Shown here in pieces: positions 1-13,364 of a stretch of 64,000 nucleotides of DNA. The position numbers and the translations under genes are program-made. Below the pieces are notes generated by a model, which made no database searches, was not told the origin of the DNA, and saw only the letters and a list, made by a program, of their open reading frames with translations. This DNA is from Eledone cirrhosa (lineage: Eukaryota), in NCBI GenBank assembly GCA_964016885.1, contig OZ024740.1, positions 216,876,001 to 216,940,000 of the forward strand, in the 5' to 3' direction. Numbering within the stretch: the first letter of the stretch is position 1; the number at the start of each line of letters is the position of its first letter.

Positions 1-158
1 TTAGAAAGAGTATCCAGCTGTAAAATACAGAGCCAAATTTACAGTCCTCGCCAGAGCAAGGTGTAGCACATGGCCAACCCTGGCCAGACTTGCCCCTCGG
101 TGTGGACGATCCGTCTAACCCATGTAAATGTGGAAAAATTGACGTTTGGAAATGATGA
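1..158 (+). mobile_element. 3' tail of RTE-type LINE/SINE (degenerate)
   Basis: ttagaaagagtatccagctgtaaaa...ccgtctaacccatg...gacgt...gatgat matches the RTE 3' UTR seen at 6520-6660 and 12990-13134. Confidence 0.6.
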
Positions 159-761
159 TACACACACACGTATATATGTCTGTGTTTGAGTGTCCATGCC
201 CATCTATATGTGTATGTATGCATGTATATATATGTGTATATAAAAGAATGTGATATTGTAATGAGTACAGACAGACACACCTACACACACACCTACACAC
301 GCACACACCTACACTCACTCTCTCATATACAAGAAATATCTAAAGGTTTATTATTGTAACAATATGTTTCATTTGTAGATTTCTCAAATCAGTATTAATT
401 AGTTTGTAGGTCAGTTGTAGTAAAGTGCTAATTATAATTAACTTAATAATTTAAGGGACTAATTAACTTAATATTAGAAGCTGAATAATCTAATGGATTA
501 TTAACTTAATATTATAGGTTGGATGAATTAAATTACTATTTAATTATTTTAGGTTGAATAATTGAAAAGACTAATTGACTAATTAATATTATAGGCTGAA
601 TAATTAAATGGTTTAATTGATTAAACTGTTACTGTATTAAAGAATTAATACATGTATTAATTAATTAATGATTAATTGGTTTATAGGCTATGCATTAAAA
701 AAATAATTAGTTAATGGGTTAAATTTATTGAAGTAATAATTAATCTTAAGACTGACTTATG

Positions 762-962
762 TACAAGGATTGGGTGAAAAGTTCATAGGCTGACCAATAT
801 ACTCTCATGGAATGACCAAATGAGGTTATTTTTCAACATAGTCTCTGGGAAGAAACAATGCAGTTATTAATAAGAAGAGTTGAAATTAATGCATGCAAGA
901 TTTCACAGCTCTCACATCATTCCTTCATAATCGGCCTATGAACATTTCAGCCGACTCTCATA
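762..962. mobile_element. mariner-type MITE
   Basis: Imperfect TIRs gggtgaaaagttcataggc / gcctatgaacatttcagcc, TA at the ends; homologous copies at 10750 and 18883. Confidence 0.7.
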
Positions 963-1246
963 CTATAAACTTAACTAGTAAACTTGATTATTTTCACCTA
1001 TTACTAAATAATGTTATAGGCTAGATATATATTAATTCATATTGGTCACATTAGATTAAATATTTAATCTATTTCTTTATAATATTCCTAACAAACGACA
1101 CTGGCTATGTTTTAAAATAATCAGGAATTTAGAGGGATCTAGTAATTTAATGTTCTCATTAAGTTAGTGTTTGAAATAACATAATAAATGTTGTCACATA
1201 GATATCTGATGAATTTTTTAGGTAAATGTAAACAACTTAAAATAAA

Positions 1247-1436
1247 ATATCAGAAAATCGGGGGTTGTTTCATGTGTTTTGTATCAGAAAATCTGGGGTT
1301 GTTTCATGTGTTTTTATATCAGAAAATCTGCGGTTGTTTCATGTGTTTTTGTATCAGAAAATCTGGGGTTGTTTCAGGAGTTTTTGTATCAGAAAATCTG
1401 GGGTTTCAGGAGTTTTTGTATCAGAAAATCTGGGGT
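1247..1436. repeat. ~30-34 bp minisatellite
   Basis: About 6 units of gtatcagaaaatctggggttgtttcatgtgtttt. Confidence 0.9.
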
Positions 1437-2269
1437 TAGTTAACTGATTTTGTTAAGTGTTAACTGTAATGGCTCTCAAAGGATTTGTTCATAGTTTATA
1501 ATGAAAGGAGTGATAAAAAGGCTAATTGTTAATGTACTAACCTATCCCTGTGTCAATTGTTGTTTCTATGTGTGTTTTGTGTTGCTGTCAAATTGATGTA
1601 TGAAGCATCCATCAAAGAAGCATCTGTACAGGATTTTGTTGTTTTATGTATGGAGACTTAGTAATAGAGACAATATGCAAAGTTATCAAAATGCATGATT
1701 TTCTTGGCATAGAATACATATTTCTATTATAACTTCTAAATTCATTATTGTAGGCTGCAGCATAGAGGATACATTATATGTTAACAAAGCACATGTGAAA
1801 TTGTTAATGAAATACTATAATTTGGTGTTAATTCATATGAATCAACTGAAGGTATAGAATGAGATCAGTTGGTCTGGCAGATGTAAATGTTTTATTAATG
1901 AAAGACTTAAACTTTACTATTTGTAATGGTTAAATCATTTATAGACTTAATATTTCACTTGGTAAAACAAGGGTTTGGTTGGTTGGGGGTGGGAGTTCTG
2001 AATTACCACAATAAGGGAGTTTACCATCTTCCATTGTTACTTCAACTCAACAAAATTGACAAGTACAGACTAGATGAATTTAAAAAAAAAAGATAAAAGT
2101 GAAAACCTAAACATATAATGATCTCAACAAACATCATGTATAGAAAGCTGATCTCTCGGACTTTTACAAAGTGCTGAGGCAATAAAGTGGATATAAACAA
2201 TGTAGTGTTCCTCTGTGGAGATTCCATAAAATATCTTATAAAATAGGGTGAAGACTCTTAAAGGTTCTT

Positions 2270-2690
2270 AAAGCACCTCACAAAAGGTCGATGGAAGCCT
2301 TGGAGTGAGGAGACCCAAGAAAATTTGGGATGAGGTGATAAAAGCCGATCTTGCTCAATTGCACCTCTCAAAGGCGATGACACAGGACCGAGACCTCTGG
2401 CGCTTCCCATGGGTACAAGCCAAAGCTGAAGCATATAGACAGGATGCCCCCCATCCCCTCCCACTGTAAAATGGTCGTGTAGGTGTCACGACAAAAAGCA
2501 CCGAGTACGCACTGTAAATGAGGTTGGTGTTAGGAAGGGCACACAGCTGTAGAAATCAAGCTAAAATCAGTTCTATATGAGCAAGACATGGTCACCTGAC
2601 CTGGCATTGCCCAAAACAGGACAACTAGTTTAATCCATGCTAGCATGAAAAAATGATGTAAAATGGTAATGATGATGATGATGATGATAT
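2270..2690 (+). mobile_element. RTE LINE family A, 3' fragment
   Basis: ggagacccaagaaaatttgggat (RPRKxW), DRDLW-like segment, 3' UTR and (GAT)n tail. Confidence 0.7.
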
Positions 2691-3001
2691 GGTATTCGAT
2701 TCCTCATAGCTACCGATGGCAACTTATTTTTCCCTCTTTAAGGGTCTTCTCTCTATTTTATAAGCTATTCTATAGAATCTCGTCACATTAACACTCCACT
2801 CTTTATATATTGATCTGTTTTAAATCAGAGTTACAATTAATTCTATTGAGTAATATTGATATCAAAAGGAAAATTATAGTAAAATAAACAAAATAATATA
2901 AAGAAACAATGTCCAATGAAGTATTCAATACTTAGTAGAGAATAATAAAGACTGGTACACTTCTGTCATCATCATCGCCATCACTGCCACAACCACCATC
3001 G

Positions 3002-3030
<29 letters not shown>

Positions 3031-3032
<2 letters not shown>

Positions 3033-3205
3033 TGTTTCTACTTTTGGCACAATTATCCCAGTGCATTACTGGTACTTTATTTTTTTATCCCGTAAGGATG
3101 AAAGGCAAAGTTAACCTCGGTGGCATTTGAACTTTGACTGTAAAGGGCTGTAACTCTATGCTGCAAAGCATGGCGTCCGACCCTCTACCAATACTTCCAA
3201 TCCAC
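3031..3205 (-). mobile_element. tRNA-derived SINE family 1
   Basis: Reverse complement of the 61069-61250 copy; conserved core gaggttaactttgcctttcatcc...aaataaagtaccag. Confidence 0.85.
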
Positions 3206-4274
3206 AATCTCATCATCATAATAATGTGTGCATGTTATGTCTTCTTCTCTTCTTTGCCCACTAACTTCTGATAGGATTGTTGGGGCACACTCCTCAAACA
3301 CTCCCTCCACTGCCAGAAGCAACCGTCTCCAACTGATCTGGCTGGATCCCCAATTAAGACCAGCCAAGCTCATGGATGTTATCCAATCATCTTGCTATGG
3401 GTCTACCTCTGGGTCTCCTGCATGTTATGTTTTTATCAAAATACTTGGAATTTTGAGCTTAGCTCATGAACCTCCAGTATTGTTTTTGTATGCCACAATT
3501 TAAGAACCCCTTAGTTGTAGGCATGTTTTGAGTGGAAGAATTTAATGTGATACCCAGAGACTAAAATATCTCCAATGTTGAGTCATAGTCATGAATTATC
3601 TGCTGACATAAAGCTAAGCTGTTAAAATATTTCAAATTATCTATTAAAAGGGTTAATCACTAAGACCAGTCTTTATAGATTAACAAGTCTATAATAATAA
3701 TACATTGTAAGAAAGAAGTTTTATGATGTTCTATTAAATAGATAATCTCATTGGTGGGTGATCATAGAAAAATACGCTGTTGAATATCACTAGAGCACAC
3801 TACTAAAGACACAGAACTAATTATTAACATACAGGTCTGCTAATCTATCGAGACTGTTTATTACTATTGTAATATTACTTCTGGTTCAATGCCAACATAG
3901 TTTGTAAGTATCAAGCTTAACTGATCATAGCATGACATGTGAAGAAGGGAGATTCTCTTCTGATTAAATAACTGATTAGATATGAATGGAAAATAAGTGG
4001 AGGGCTAGAGTCACTTGCAGAAAAAAACACAATGACTTAGTGTCAGAGCAGAGAGTTAAAATTTTGATATTAACTGCTGAACAACAGGATAAAGTGTGAA
4101 GCATTGGTGGATAAAGAAGTTAGGATACTATTGTATCCAAATTCAGAGAATCCCTTGATCAATCTGAGGTTGTTGAAATGGAGGGTAGACTGTTTATAAA
4201 ACTGTAGATAATGCAGAAATAAGTCAAACTGCTAATATAACTGACACACACGCGCGCACACACACACAGGGTCT

Positions 4275-4542
4275 GTCCTGTAAGGTGTTCATGTTGGTGG
4301 CATGACAAAAAGCACCAAGTTCACCCTGTAATGTGGTCATTTCCATGCCACAATAAAAATCACCCAGTCCACACTGTAACAATGATTGACATTAGGAAGG
4401 ACATCCATCTGTAGAAAGCGAGCCAAAATATAGATCTGTATGAACATAACAAGGTCTCCTGTCTTGACTTGTCTCATAACATGACAGCCTGTCTAACCCA
4501 TGCAAGTGTGTAAAAATAGACATTAAAAATGATGTTGATGAT
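4275..4542 (+). mobile_element. RTE family A 3' UTR remnant
   Basis: ttaggaaggacatcc...gtctaacccatgcaag...gatgttgatg. Confidence 0.6.
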
Positions 4543-4555
4543 ATCTCTCTCTTCC

Positions 4556-4621
<66 letters not shown>

Positions 4622-4756
4622 CATACACATGTATATATATAAGTGTATGTATGAAACTGGTAGTGATCTTAGCCTTACCAAACATCATTTGTTGCTTGCT
4701 CTAGCAATGAATCATAGCATAAATCTTTTAATATATTCACCTTGCCAATGATGCAT

Positions 4757-4788
<32 letters not shown>

Positions 4789-5191
4789 TTATATAAACAC
4801 ACATGGAATAGTATACTAGATTTTCAGAATAATACTACCAACATTTACTAGTAAATAATATTAACAAGCTGCTTTAAAGAAGAAACATTTTTACCTAACG
4901 TGTATATTTTCTAATAAATCAATTATTGACAATAACACCAATTCCACACTGTTTTCTGGACTTCTTAGCATATTGAACATCTTAACTGAGTTTTTCATTT
5001 TGAAAAGAGTCTTTAAATATAAAATATTCAATTATTGATGCAGGTGGCTTGAAGACATATTTCACACATCTTATACTCATGTTGTTCTACACACATGGAA
5101 TGTATAAGTTTGATTAGGTGTAGGAGTGTTATATATATATATATACATATATTTGCATGTGTGTGTGTATGTATCTATCTATATATGTGTG

Positions 5192-5235
<44 letters not shown>

Positions 5236-5516
5236 CTCAGCACACACTGTACAGTGGTTGTTCTGGTACCATGATAAAACACACCTTGTACATGTCATGA
5301 AGTGGTTGGCATTAGGAAAGATATTCAACTCTAAAAACCCTGCCACAATGAAATGTCTGGCCTCAGATGTATGTGACAACCCATCTCACCTTTACAAGTT
5401 TGGAAAATAAATATAAAACATACCTGATGATGATGATAATCATCATCATCACTTTTTATCATTGCACCAACACTAGTGAGGTTGTTTTTGATCTTTCAAG
5501 ACTAAAGACTATCTAC

Positions 5517-5693
5517 TATTGCACCTCTCAACAGCGATGACACAGGACCGTGACCTCTGGTGTCACGGAGTAATACAGAAGACTCGACTTCCCACGAGAG
5601 CAAGCCGAAGCTGAAGCATATAGATAATATGTTTCCATCCCCTCCCACTGCAAAGTCGTCATGGAGGTGTCACGACAAAAATGCACCCAGCCC
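5517..5693 (+). mobile_element. RTE family A fragment
   Basis: Near-identical reverse complement of 7107-7279. Confidence 0.7.
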
Positions 5694-6065
5694 AAAGACT
5701 ATCTACTATTGTCTCCATTCAAGAGAAATTATCCATGAGGATGAATACAAGATAGAGCAATGACAGTAAGAAGAATCAGGGTTGGGGGAGGCGTGAAGTG
5801 AGCAATTGTATGAATGAGATAGAATGTTTGGTGGTGGTGGTTGGGGTGAGAGGAGTAATAGGAGTGAGTCAGTATGATAATGGATGAAGAGAATAAGAGT
5901 ATGATGGGAGAAATAAAGTTTAGGGGGAGTAATGGAAAAGATATAATGTTGGGGGGAGTAATAGATGCAACACTAAGTGTAACTACAGTATCTTACAGTA
6001 TCTAGACAGTAGCAGATAGTATCTTAGACACAAATTGGGCTTGACCCCAGATATAGATATACATT

Positions 6066-6660
6066 GTCTCTCCAAGACAATGTCACTGGACCGAGATCTT
6101 TGGCGCTACACAGTTATACAGAAGACCCGCCTTGCCTAAATACAAAGCGAAACCTACAGTCTGTAGGCACCTCTAACATAATACACCCCTGTCCCACTAC
6201 CCCCCACTCCATCCACACCACCCCCTTAAATGTGAAGTTATGTTGGTACCACAACATCCAGTCCGAAACAAATGAGGTCGTGTAGGTGTCACGACAAAAA
6301 AACACAGTCCACGCTGTAATGTGGCCGTGTAGGCAACATGGTAAAAACCTCCCAGTCCACACTGTAAACGTGGTTGGTGTTGGGAAGGGCACCCAGCCGT
6401 AGAAAACCCGCCAGACGTGTAGGTGTCACGACAAAAAAACACACAGTCCACGCTGTAATGTGGCCGTGTAGGTAACACGGTAAAAACAACCCAGTCCACA
6501 CTGTAAACGTGGTTGGTGTTAGGAAGGGCATCCAGCCATAGAAAACCCGCCAGACAGTCCTATACGAGCAGGACAACCAATCTTGCCTCAAGTGGGAAAA
6601 CTCCCGTCCAAACCCATGCAAGCGTGGAAGATGGATATTAAACGATGATGATGATGATGA
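6066..6660 (+). mobile_element. RTE family A 3' end
   Basis: [14 protein letters not shown]-coding segment, 3' UTR with an internal duplication, (GAT)n tail. Confidence 0.85.
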
Positions 6661-6694
6661 TATATGTATCTATTACTACCACCATTTTAACATT

Positions 6695-6880
6695 TACTCT
6701 ATATACTCAAATATAAGCCAATGAATGTGGGACCAAAGAATTGATGGTAGAATGGGAGTTTCACTTATATACCCCATCTAAACAATGTGTTGATTAGCTG
6801 CCTTGGTTTATATACAGGGTTTGGATTTTTTACCATTTCTCAGACATAAAATGGGATTGAGGGCTGCTTATATTCGAGTC
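6695..6880. mobile_element. Tc2/pogo-like MITE remnant
   Basis: TIR-like tatatactcaaatataagcc / gcttatattcgagt; homologue at 60239. Confidence 0.55.
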
Positions 6881-6884
6881 ACCT

Positions 6885-7595
6885 TCATCATCATCATCGT
6901 TTTACGTCCATTCTTCCATACTTGCATGGGTTAGACGGGTTGTCCTGTTGTGGGTGATGTTAGGTTGGGTGACCTTGTCTTGCTCATACGGGAACTGAAT
7001 TTGGCTTGATTTCTACAGCGGGATGCCCTTCCTAACACCAACCTCATTTATAGTGAGTGCTGGGGGCTTTTCTTTCGTGGCACCTACACGACCAATTTAC
7101 AGTGTGGGCTGGGTGCATTTTTGTCGTGACACCTCCACGATGACTTTGCAGTGGGAGGGGATGGAAACATATCTATATGCTTCAGCTTCAGCTTGCTCCC
7201 GTGGGAAATTGGGTCTTCTGTATTATCCGTGACACCAGAGGTCACGGTCCTGTGTCATCGCCGTTGAGAGGTGCAATTGGGCAAGGCTCGCTTTTATCAC
7301 CTCATCCCAGGTCTTCTTGGGTCCCCCCACTCCGTGGCTTCCATCAACTTTTAGTGCTCTGCACCTTTTTATGCAGCTGTCATCCTTCATACGCATTAGA
7401 TGTGCATATCAACACATCCTCCTCTCCTGCACACAGCATTTGATTCCTCTTATACTCAGTCCCTCTCTCAGCTTATTTATGCTTTGCCATTCGCGTATAT
7501 TACTATTACACATCCATTGGAGCATGCAGGCTTCATTTCTTTCTAATCTACGCAAGTCTTCTACACACAGCACCCAGGCCTCACTACCATGTAAC
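6885..7595 (-). mobile_element. RTE family A, 5'-truncated
   Basis: Encodes [28 protein letters not shown]...; 3' UTR; (GAT)n tail at 6885-6899. Confidence 0.85.
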
Positions 7596-8309
7596 TTTGA
7601 TGTTCGTATGCACATACGATATTTCACTATATGCTTGGACAGATCTTCTCAAACTCACAGAGTGAAAGGGAGAGGGGCGGGGTGTATACATATAAGAAGC
7701 AGATGGCGGAGAAAAACATCTGTGATCAGGTTGTAATGCAAAGACATATCATACTTGTACACAATTTATTGTAAAAAAAGATTAAAAAAAAGTTGTATTA
7801 CATTTCTGTTTGAAATATTTTAAATTACTTTAATATAAGACAGTAGTGTATATATAGATTATAAACTCATCCCTGAAATATTTATATACCCACACCTTTG
7901 ATGTGTGTGAGTGTATATAAGAATGATGGGGTAGAAAGATTAGCATGTTTAGACAAATACATTGTCTCACTTATTTTTCTATTCTCTTTTTCTTTGTCAG
8001 ATAAATTGAAAAACTTTTTAGTTTATTAAATTTTTTTCTTGCTATTAAACTTTAAAATATATTTAGATTCCTATCTTGAAATTAGAAACTATCTTTCTTT
8101 TTTTTTTTAATGTTGCTGTAGTTTTGCTAACTATAATTAGTTTTATGTTTAAATTTCTTTGAAATAACAGAAAGTTGTTAAATTTAGTTTTAATTTTATT
8201 TTGCATAAATTTACACATAAAATTTCACTGTTCATCAGAATGTTCTATTTCTAAACATATTTATTTGAAACAGTAATACACAATGCCATGACTATTAATC
8301 CCATCTTTG

Positions 8310-8851
8310 GTATAAGTGTGTCCAGAAGCTCATCAAACTGGAGCTTATCCCAGATTCATTGTCATCACAGGGATAATTACAAACTCCAGTAGACTGGAGC
8401 AATACAAAATGGAACCAGCAGGCCTTGACTGTGGAGTTGGCAAGTGTCCCAACAGAATTACCCTCTTTCCATTTGAAGGAGATAAATCCCTCATTTGGGA
8501 TGAGAGATGCTGTGACATGTTCTCTGCCTCCAACTTAGTTGCTTCAGCCACAAACCCTGGTATCACGGCCTGCAATCCAGAGGAGTGGAAGACAACCAAA
8601 TATCAAAGCTGTCTAGTTGCTTCCTCTTTGCATCCCTTGCAATCGAGACCTCAGGCATCCCTGGCCCCCATACAGCTGACTTCCTCTGTAGATTTGGAAT
8701 GACATTTTATTTCATGCTGCTCTTTCTGACAGAAGTTGTGACTGGTATCAACAATGGAAAGACCAGTGGAAACATTGCTTCCTTGTCCAATTTGATGAGT
8801 TCCAATCAGAATGAGGTTTGGGATCTTGTCAATCGATTCAAACAATTATGA
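8310..8851 (+). pseudogene. Degenerate C-terminal restriction-like endonuclease region of a CRE-type non-LTR retrotransposon
   Basis: GKCPNRITLFPFEGDKSLIWD...EEWKTTKY, then after a frameshift FLFASLAIETSGIPGPHTADFL...GNIASL; fits the recalled GKRPDGxTLxPW...LxWD...KxxKY...FxPxAxETxGxxG...RGNA pattern. Confidence 0.65.
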
Positions 8852-9636
8852 TCAGAGGCTTAATATCCTAACCTCTAGCCACACTCCTTCAGCTTCTGTA
8901 TAAAGCAAGCATCAAATATTTAATGATGGTCTAAAGAAAGCTCTCATCATCATCATTGGTGACTGGAGTTAATGTGAGACAGTATTTCACAGCTGGATGT
9001 TGTCCCTGATGCCAAACCTTATAGCTACCTCTTACAACATGCTGAATGCAGTACATCAATTCTAAAAACATAGGTATTTGCGTCGACATGCCCTCTGGTG
9101 TTCTGCTTAAATAGTTGCAAGTGTACTCCTTCTAGAAAGACCTAGGAAGGAGCTTGAGAAGATCAATATTCTTGGCAAGAAGGACCGAGTGTAATGTTTA
9201 GTACATACAACATGGGAGACGAGAGACAAATGAGTCAGGAATGCTTGAGTGGATGTAGTATAAGACTAGCAAGCTCCTATGAACAAAGACTATTGCAATG
9301 GTTGTAGAAGAGGCAGAGGGAGGAGACAGAATCCTACTTGATCAAGAAGGATAGTTAACACTTTTGCTAAGTTATTCAGTTAGAAACATGTTATCTTTAT
9401 AAGAGACTCATATTGGCGAAGTCAGTGGGGATAATATTTGGTTTGACCTTCTGAGATCAACAGGTGACACAAGGGATCCTATATTGGTGTCAGCAGTAGG
9501 GACAGTATTTATTTTGACCTTCTGAAGTCAGTGTTTATTGGAAACATTGGTGTGAAGTGTATTCTTATAGGGTTTGTACTTTTGGGGAGAAAGAATTGTT
9601 AGGAGTATTACAACAGATTTGAACTCAGCACCTATA

Positions 9637-9823
9637 AGTTGACAGTCTCATACCATATCTACACTTAAAAGGGTCATATCAGTGTGCCTAACCACCAAAG
9701 TTGACAGTCTCATACCATATCTACACTTAATAGGGTCATATCAATGTGCCTAACCACCAAAGTTGACAGTCTCATACCATATCTACATATAATATGGCCA
9801 TGTCAATGTGCCTAACCACCAAA
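9637..9823. repeat. 62-bp tandem repeat x3
   Basis: aagttgacagtctcataccatatctacac...tgtgcctaaccacca repeated. Confidence 0.95.
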
Positions 9824-10124
9824 GAGTTAGTTGGTTGTATTAGTTAGACTGTGTACCAATACTTGTGAACAAAAACAAAAACAATCAATAGTATCTGTAA
9901 TGCTGAGATATTATTATAGAAATAACAAAGAATTGAAAGAAAATGAAGCTGACATAATTATTAAAGACATGGAGAAGAACGTCTGTACTTTGAAGTGTTG
10001 ATTGTGTTTAGAAAAAGATGGTAAACCATATCTAAACATAAAGATGTTGTCATTGGAATAAGGTGTGAAGAAATAAGGAGTACAGACAACTGCTGTAATA
10101 ATTGTAATAAATCAGATGACAAAA

Positions 10125-10530
10125 TACTGTATCTCACAACAGTGTCTATACTATATCTCACAACAGTGTCTATACTATATCTCACAACAGTGTCTATACT
10201 ATTACTATATCTCACAACAGTTTCTATACACTCTATATTATTACTCACTATCTCACAACAGTATCTATGCATTCTATATTATTACTCACTATCTCACAAC
10301 AGTATCTATACTCTTTATATTATTACTCACTATCTCACAACAGTGTCTATACTCTATATTATTACTCACTAAAATAAAGTACCAGTAATGCACTGGGTAA
10401 TTGTTGTCCTTGTGCCAAAAGTAGAAACAATTATTACTCACTATCTCACAACAGTATCTATACACTCTATATTATAACTGTATCTCACAACAGTGTCTAT
10501 ACTCTCTATATTATTACTCACTATCTCACT
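10125..10530. repeat. 21/37-bp minisatellite, interrupted by a SINE1 3' fragment (10372-10432)
   Basis: ctatctcacaacagtgtctata units; insert aaaataaagtaccagtaatgcactggg...gtagaaacaa. Confidence 0.9.
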
Positions 10531-10679
10531 ACGAGGTGCTAGAAATAGCAGCCAAATCCCCCTCGGGTTATTTCCTACAGTTTTAATAAAGAGCAAGGAG
10601 ACATGATATGATGTAGGTCTTGATCCACATAATAAGGAGATGATCATAGCTAGTCACCCCACACACATGGAACTACAGC

Positions 10680-11016
10680 TTCTATCTCACAACTTCACTC
10701 ACAAGACATTGTGGAGTCAAGTTGATGTTATAGAAGACGCCCATGGTACTATGAGGGTTGGCTGAAGAGTTCATAGGCTGAGCAAGATACTCTCATGGAA
10801 TGACCAAATGAGGTTTATTGTTCAACATATTCCTTGGAAAGAAACAATGCAGTTATGAATAAGAAGAGGTGAAATCAATGCAAGCAAGATTTCACAGCTC
10901 GAGCATCACTCCTCCATAGTGAGCCTATGAACTTTTCAGCCCACTCTTATATGCCGTGGGATTAAACCGGAAACCATGTAGTTCCGAAGTGAACTTCTTA
11001 ACCACATAAACATACT
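10680..11016 (-). mobile_element. tRNA-derived SINE family 3, split by a MITE
   Basis: Minus-strand head gtggttaagaagttcac...ccggtttaatcccacgg; body tcttctataac...gtcttgtgagtgaag; related to 63699-63855. Confidence 0.6.
10750..10950. mobile_element. mariner-type MITE
   Basis: TIRs tgagggttggctgaagagttcataggct / agcctatgaacttttcagcccactctta, flanked by TA. Confidence 0.85.
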
Positions 11017-11368
11017 TGGGTCTATATATAAATATTCACTAATGGAAATAAATTTGTTACATACAACAAGTGCACCAGTATTCTAATAGAAATTAATGTA
11101 TAATGTGTAGAGCCAAGAACACAGCAGCTGAGTATAAATATTGTATCTCTTTATATTTGAGCTGTTTCGTACAATCATTTCAATGAGGCACAGTATATGA
11201 ATTGTGTATTTGTTTCAACATATCTTTACTGGAAAAATGTCATCATTGGTAACTGTAGTAGTGGTGCGTGTGTGTATGCTGATATAAATATATCAAACAG
11301 CACCTATATATATATAGGTGTGTGTGTGTATGTATATATATGTGTGTATATATAAATGTATGTATGTA

Positions 11369-12010
11369 TCCGATCTCCAGCTGTGGCTCTTCCTCTCGAC
11401 CACATCATCTTCCGTATTCCCAATCTTTGCTCCCAAATACAGGAAGTCCTCAACCAATTCTAGCGACTTCCCGCCTACATTAGCAATCTTCTCTGGCTTC
11501 TTAATATTCTCTACCAGATCGGTGTGGAAGTCGGACCTTTGTAAAGACCTGAAGATCCCCCGCTTCGTTGCTGTAGTGGAGTCTGAGCTGCTGTACGGGT
11601 CTGACACTTGGACACTGACCAAGAAACTCACTCAGATCGTGGATGGGTGCTACACGAGAATGCTGAGGATGGCTCTGAACATCAATCAGTATACACTGAA
11701 GATGAAGAACTCAGAGCTGTATGGGAGCCTCCCTAATGTCAGCTCAAAAGTGACACAGAGGAGACTGAGGTTGGCTGAACATGCTGACCGACATCCAGAG
11801 TTGACACTGCACTCAGTGCTGCTGTGGGAGCCCCTGCATGGACACACTGGAAGAGGAAGACCAAGGTTAACATATGTTGATGCCCTAAGGACAGACACTG
11901 ATCTGTTGGAGACGCAGGACATGGCAGCGCTAATGAGGGACAGAGATCGCTAGAGAGAACTCGTCCATGGATCTCAGGAATTTTAGCCGCCCTAGATAGA
12001 TAGATAGATG
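11369..12010 (+). mobile_element. RTE LINE family B 3' end with an inverted 5' segment
   Basis: 11516-11995 sense LLYGSDTWTLTKK...GRGRPRLTY; 11369-11515 antisense LELVEDFLYLGAKI; (TAGA)n tail. Confidence 0.9.
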
Positions 12011-12094
12011 TATATGTGTGTGTGTGTGTCTATGCAAAAAAGTAAATAGAAACAACAAAGCAAACAGCACACTTAATAATAATGGGAAAAGAGT

Positions 12095-12129
12095 TTTTAT
12101 GTTTTGGACACAAGTCTTTCATCAGAAGA
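12095..12129 (-). ncRNA. Degenerate hammerhead (GAAA mutated to AAAA)
   Basis: UCUU CUGAUGA AAGAC UUGU GUCC AAAA CA UA AAAA; tandem paralogue of 12200. Confidence 0.5.
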
Positions 12130-12199
12130 TAAAATGACAAATAAAAGATGAAATAGAAAGTTAGAGAGTGAGAAGAAGGAACTTATAGTTGGAAAACAG

Positions 12200-12235
12200 T
12201 CTTTATATTTCGGGCACTAGTCCTTCATCAGGAGA
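12200..12235 (-). ncRNA. Minimal type I hammerhead ribozyme
   Basis: UCUC CUGAUGA A GGAC UAGU GCCC GAAA UA UA AAGA; same family as 57018. Confidence 0.65.
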
Positions 12236-12387
12236 TAGGAGAAATAAAAGGTGAAATAGAACAATAGAGAGTAAGAAGCGGAAGCAAGAGAAACGAATGT
12301 TTTTAGAAAAGACACATGTATATTCAATCAGCCATGTTGGAGAAATATGTCTGTCATCATCTATATGTGTGTGTGTATGTATGTGTG

Positions 12388-12456
<69 letters not shown>

Positions 12457-12496
12457 ACACAAACACAGATATATATATAGGCATAATCAGGAATCA

Positions 12497-13134
12497 GGAA
12501 TCAGATGTTGTTTACTCGAGAGAAGACTACGTTGGTATGGTCACGTGATGCGCATGAAAGACGACAGCTGTATAAAAAAGTGTAGGGCAATAAAAATAGA
12601 TGGTAGCCACGGAGTAGGCAGACCCAGAAAAACCTGGGACGACTTGATAAATTCTGACCTCACACACTTACACCTCTCCAAGACAATGTCACTGGACCGA
12701 GATCTTTGGCGCTACACAGTAATACAGAAGACCCACCTTACCTAAGTACAAAGCAAAACCTACAGTCAGTAGGCACCTCTAACAAAATACACCCCCATCC
12801 CACTACCCCCACCCCATCCACACCACCCCTTTCAATGTAAAGTTATGTTGGTACCACAACATCCAGCCCGAAACAAATGAGGTCGTGTAGGTGTCACAAC
12901 AAAAAAAAAACACACAGTCCACGCTGTAATGTGGCTGTGTAGGTAACACGGTAAAAACCTCCCAGTCCACACTGTAAACGTGGTTGGTGTTAGGAAGGGC
13001 ATCCAGCCATAGAAAACCCGCCAGACAGTCCTATACGAGCAAGACAACCACTCTTGCCTCAAGTGGGAAAACTCCCGTCCAAACCCATGCAAGCGTGGAA
13101 CACGGACGTTAAACGATGATGATGATGATGATGA
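12497..13134 (+). mobile_element. RTE family A 3' end
   Basis: [20 protein letters not shown]...GRPRKTW...DRDLWR, 3' UTR, (GAT)n tail. Confidence 0.9.
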
Positions 13135-13193
<59 letters not shown>

Positions 13194-13364
13194 ACATGTG
13201 TATGTATATATATGTGTATGTATATATATATATATATATGTTTATGTATATATGTGTGTATATATATAATTTGTATGAGTGTGTGTAAGTTATAAGTATA
13301 ATGCAACAAAGAAGAATGTTTACTGGAACAATATCATCTCTTTAATCTGAAATCATTGAACAGT

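Noticed and set aside
1753-1851. AG...GT-bounded open segment as an exon
   Set aside because: Weak donor and no recognisable protein similarity
8213-8243. CUGAUGA...GAAA on the minus strand
   Set aside because: Only 5 nt between the core halves, so no helix II
10125-10530. CRISPR-like array
   Set aside because: No unique spacers and eukaryotic context; it is a minisatellite
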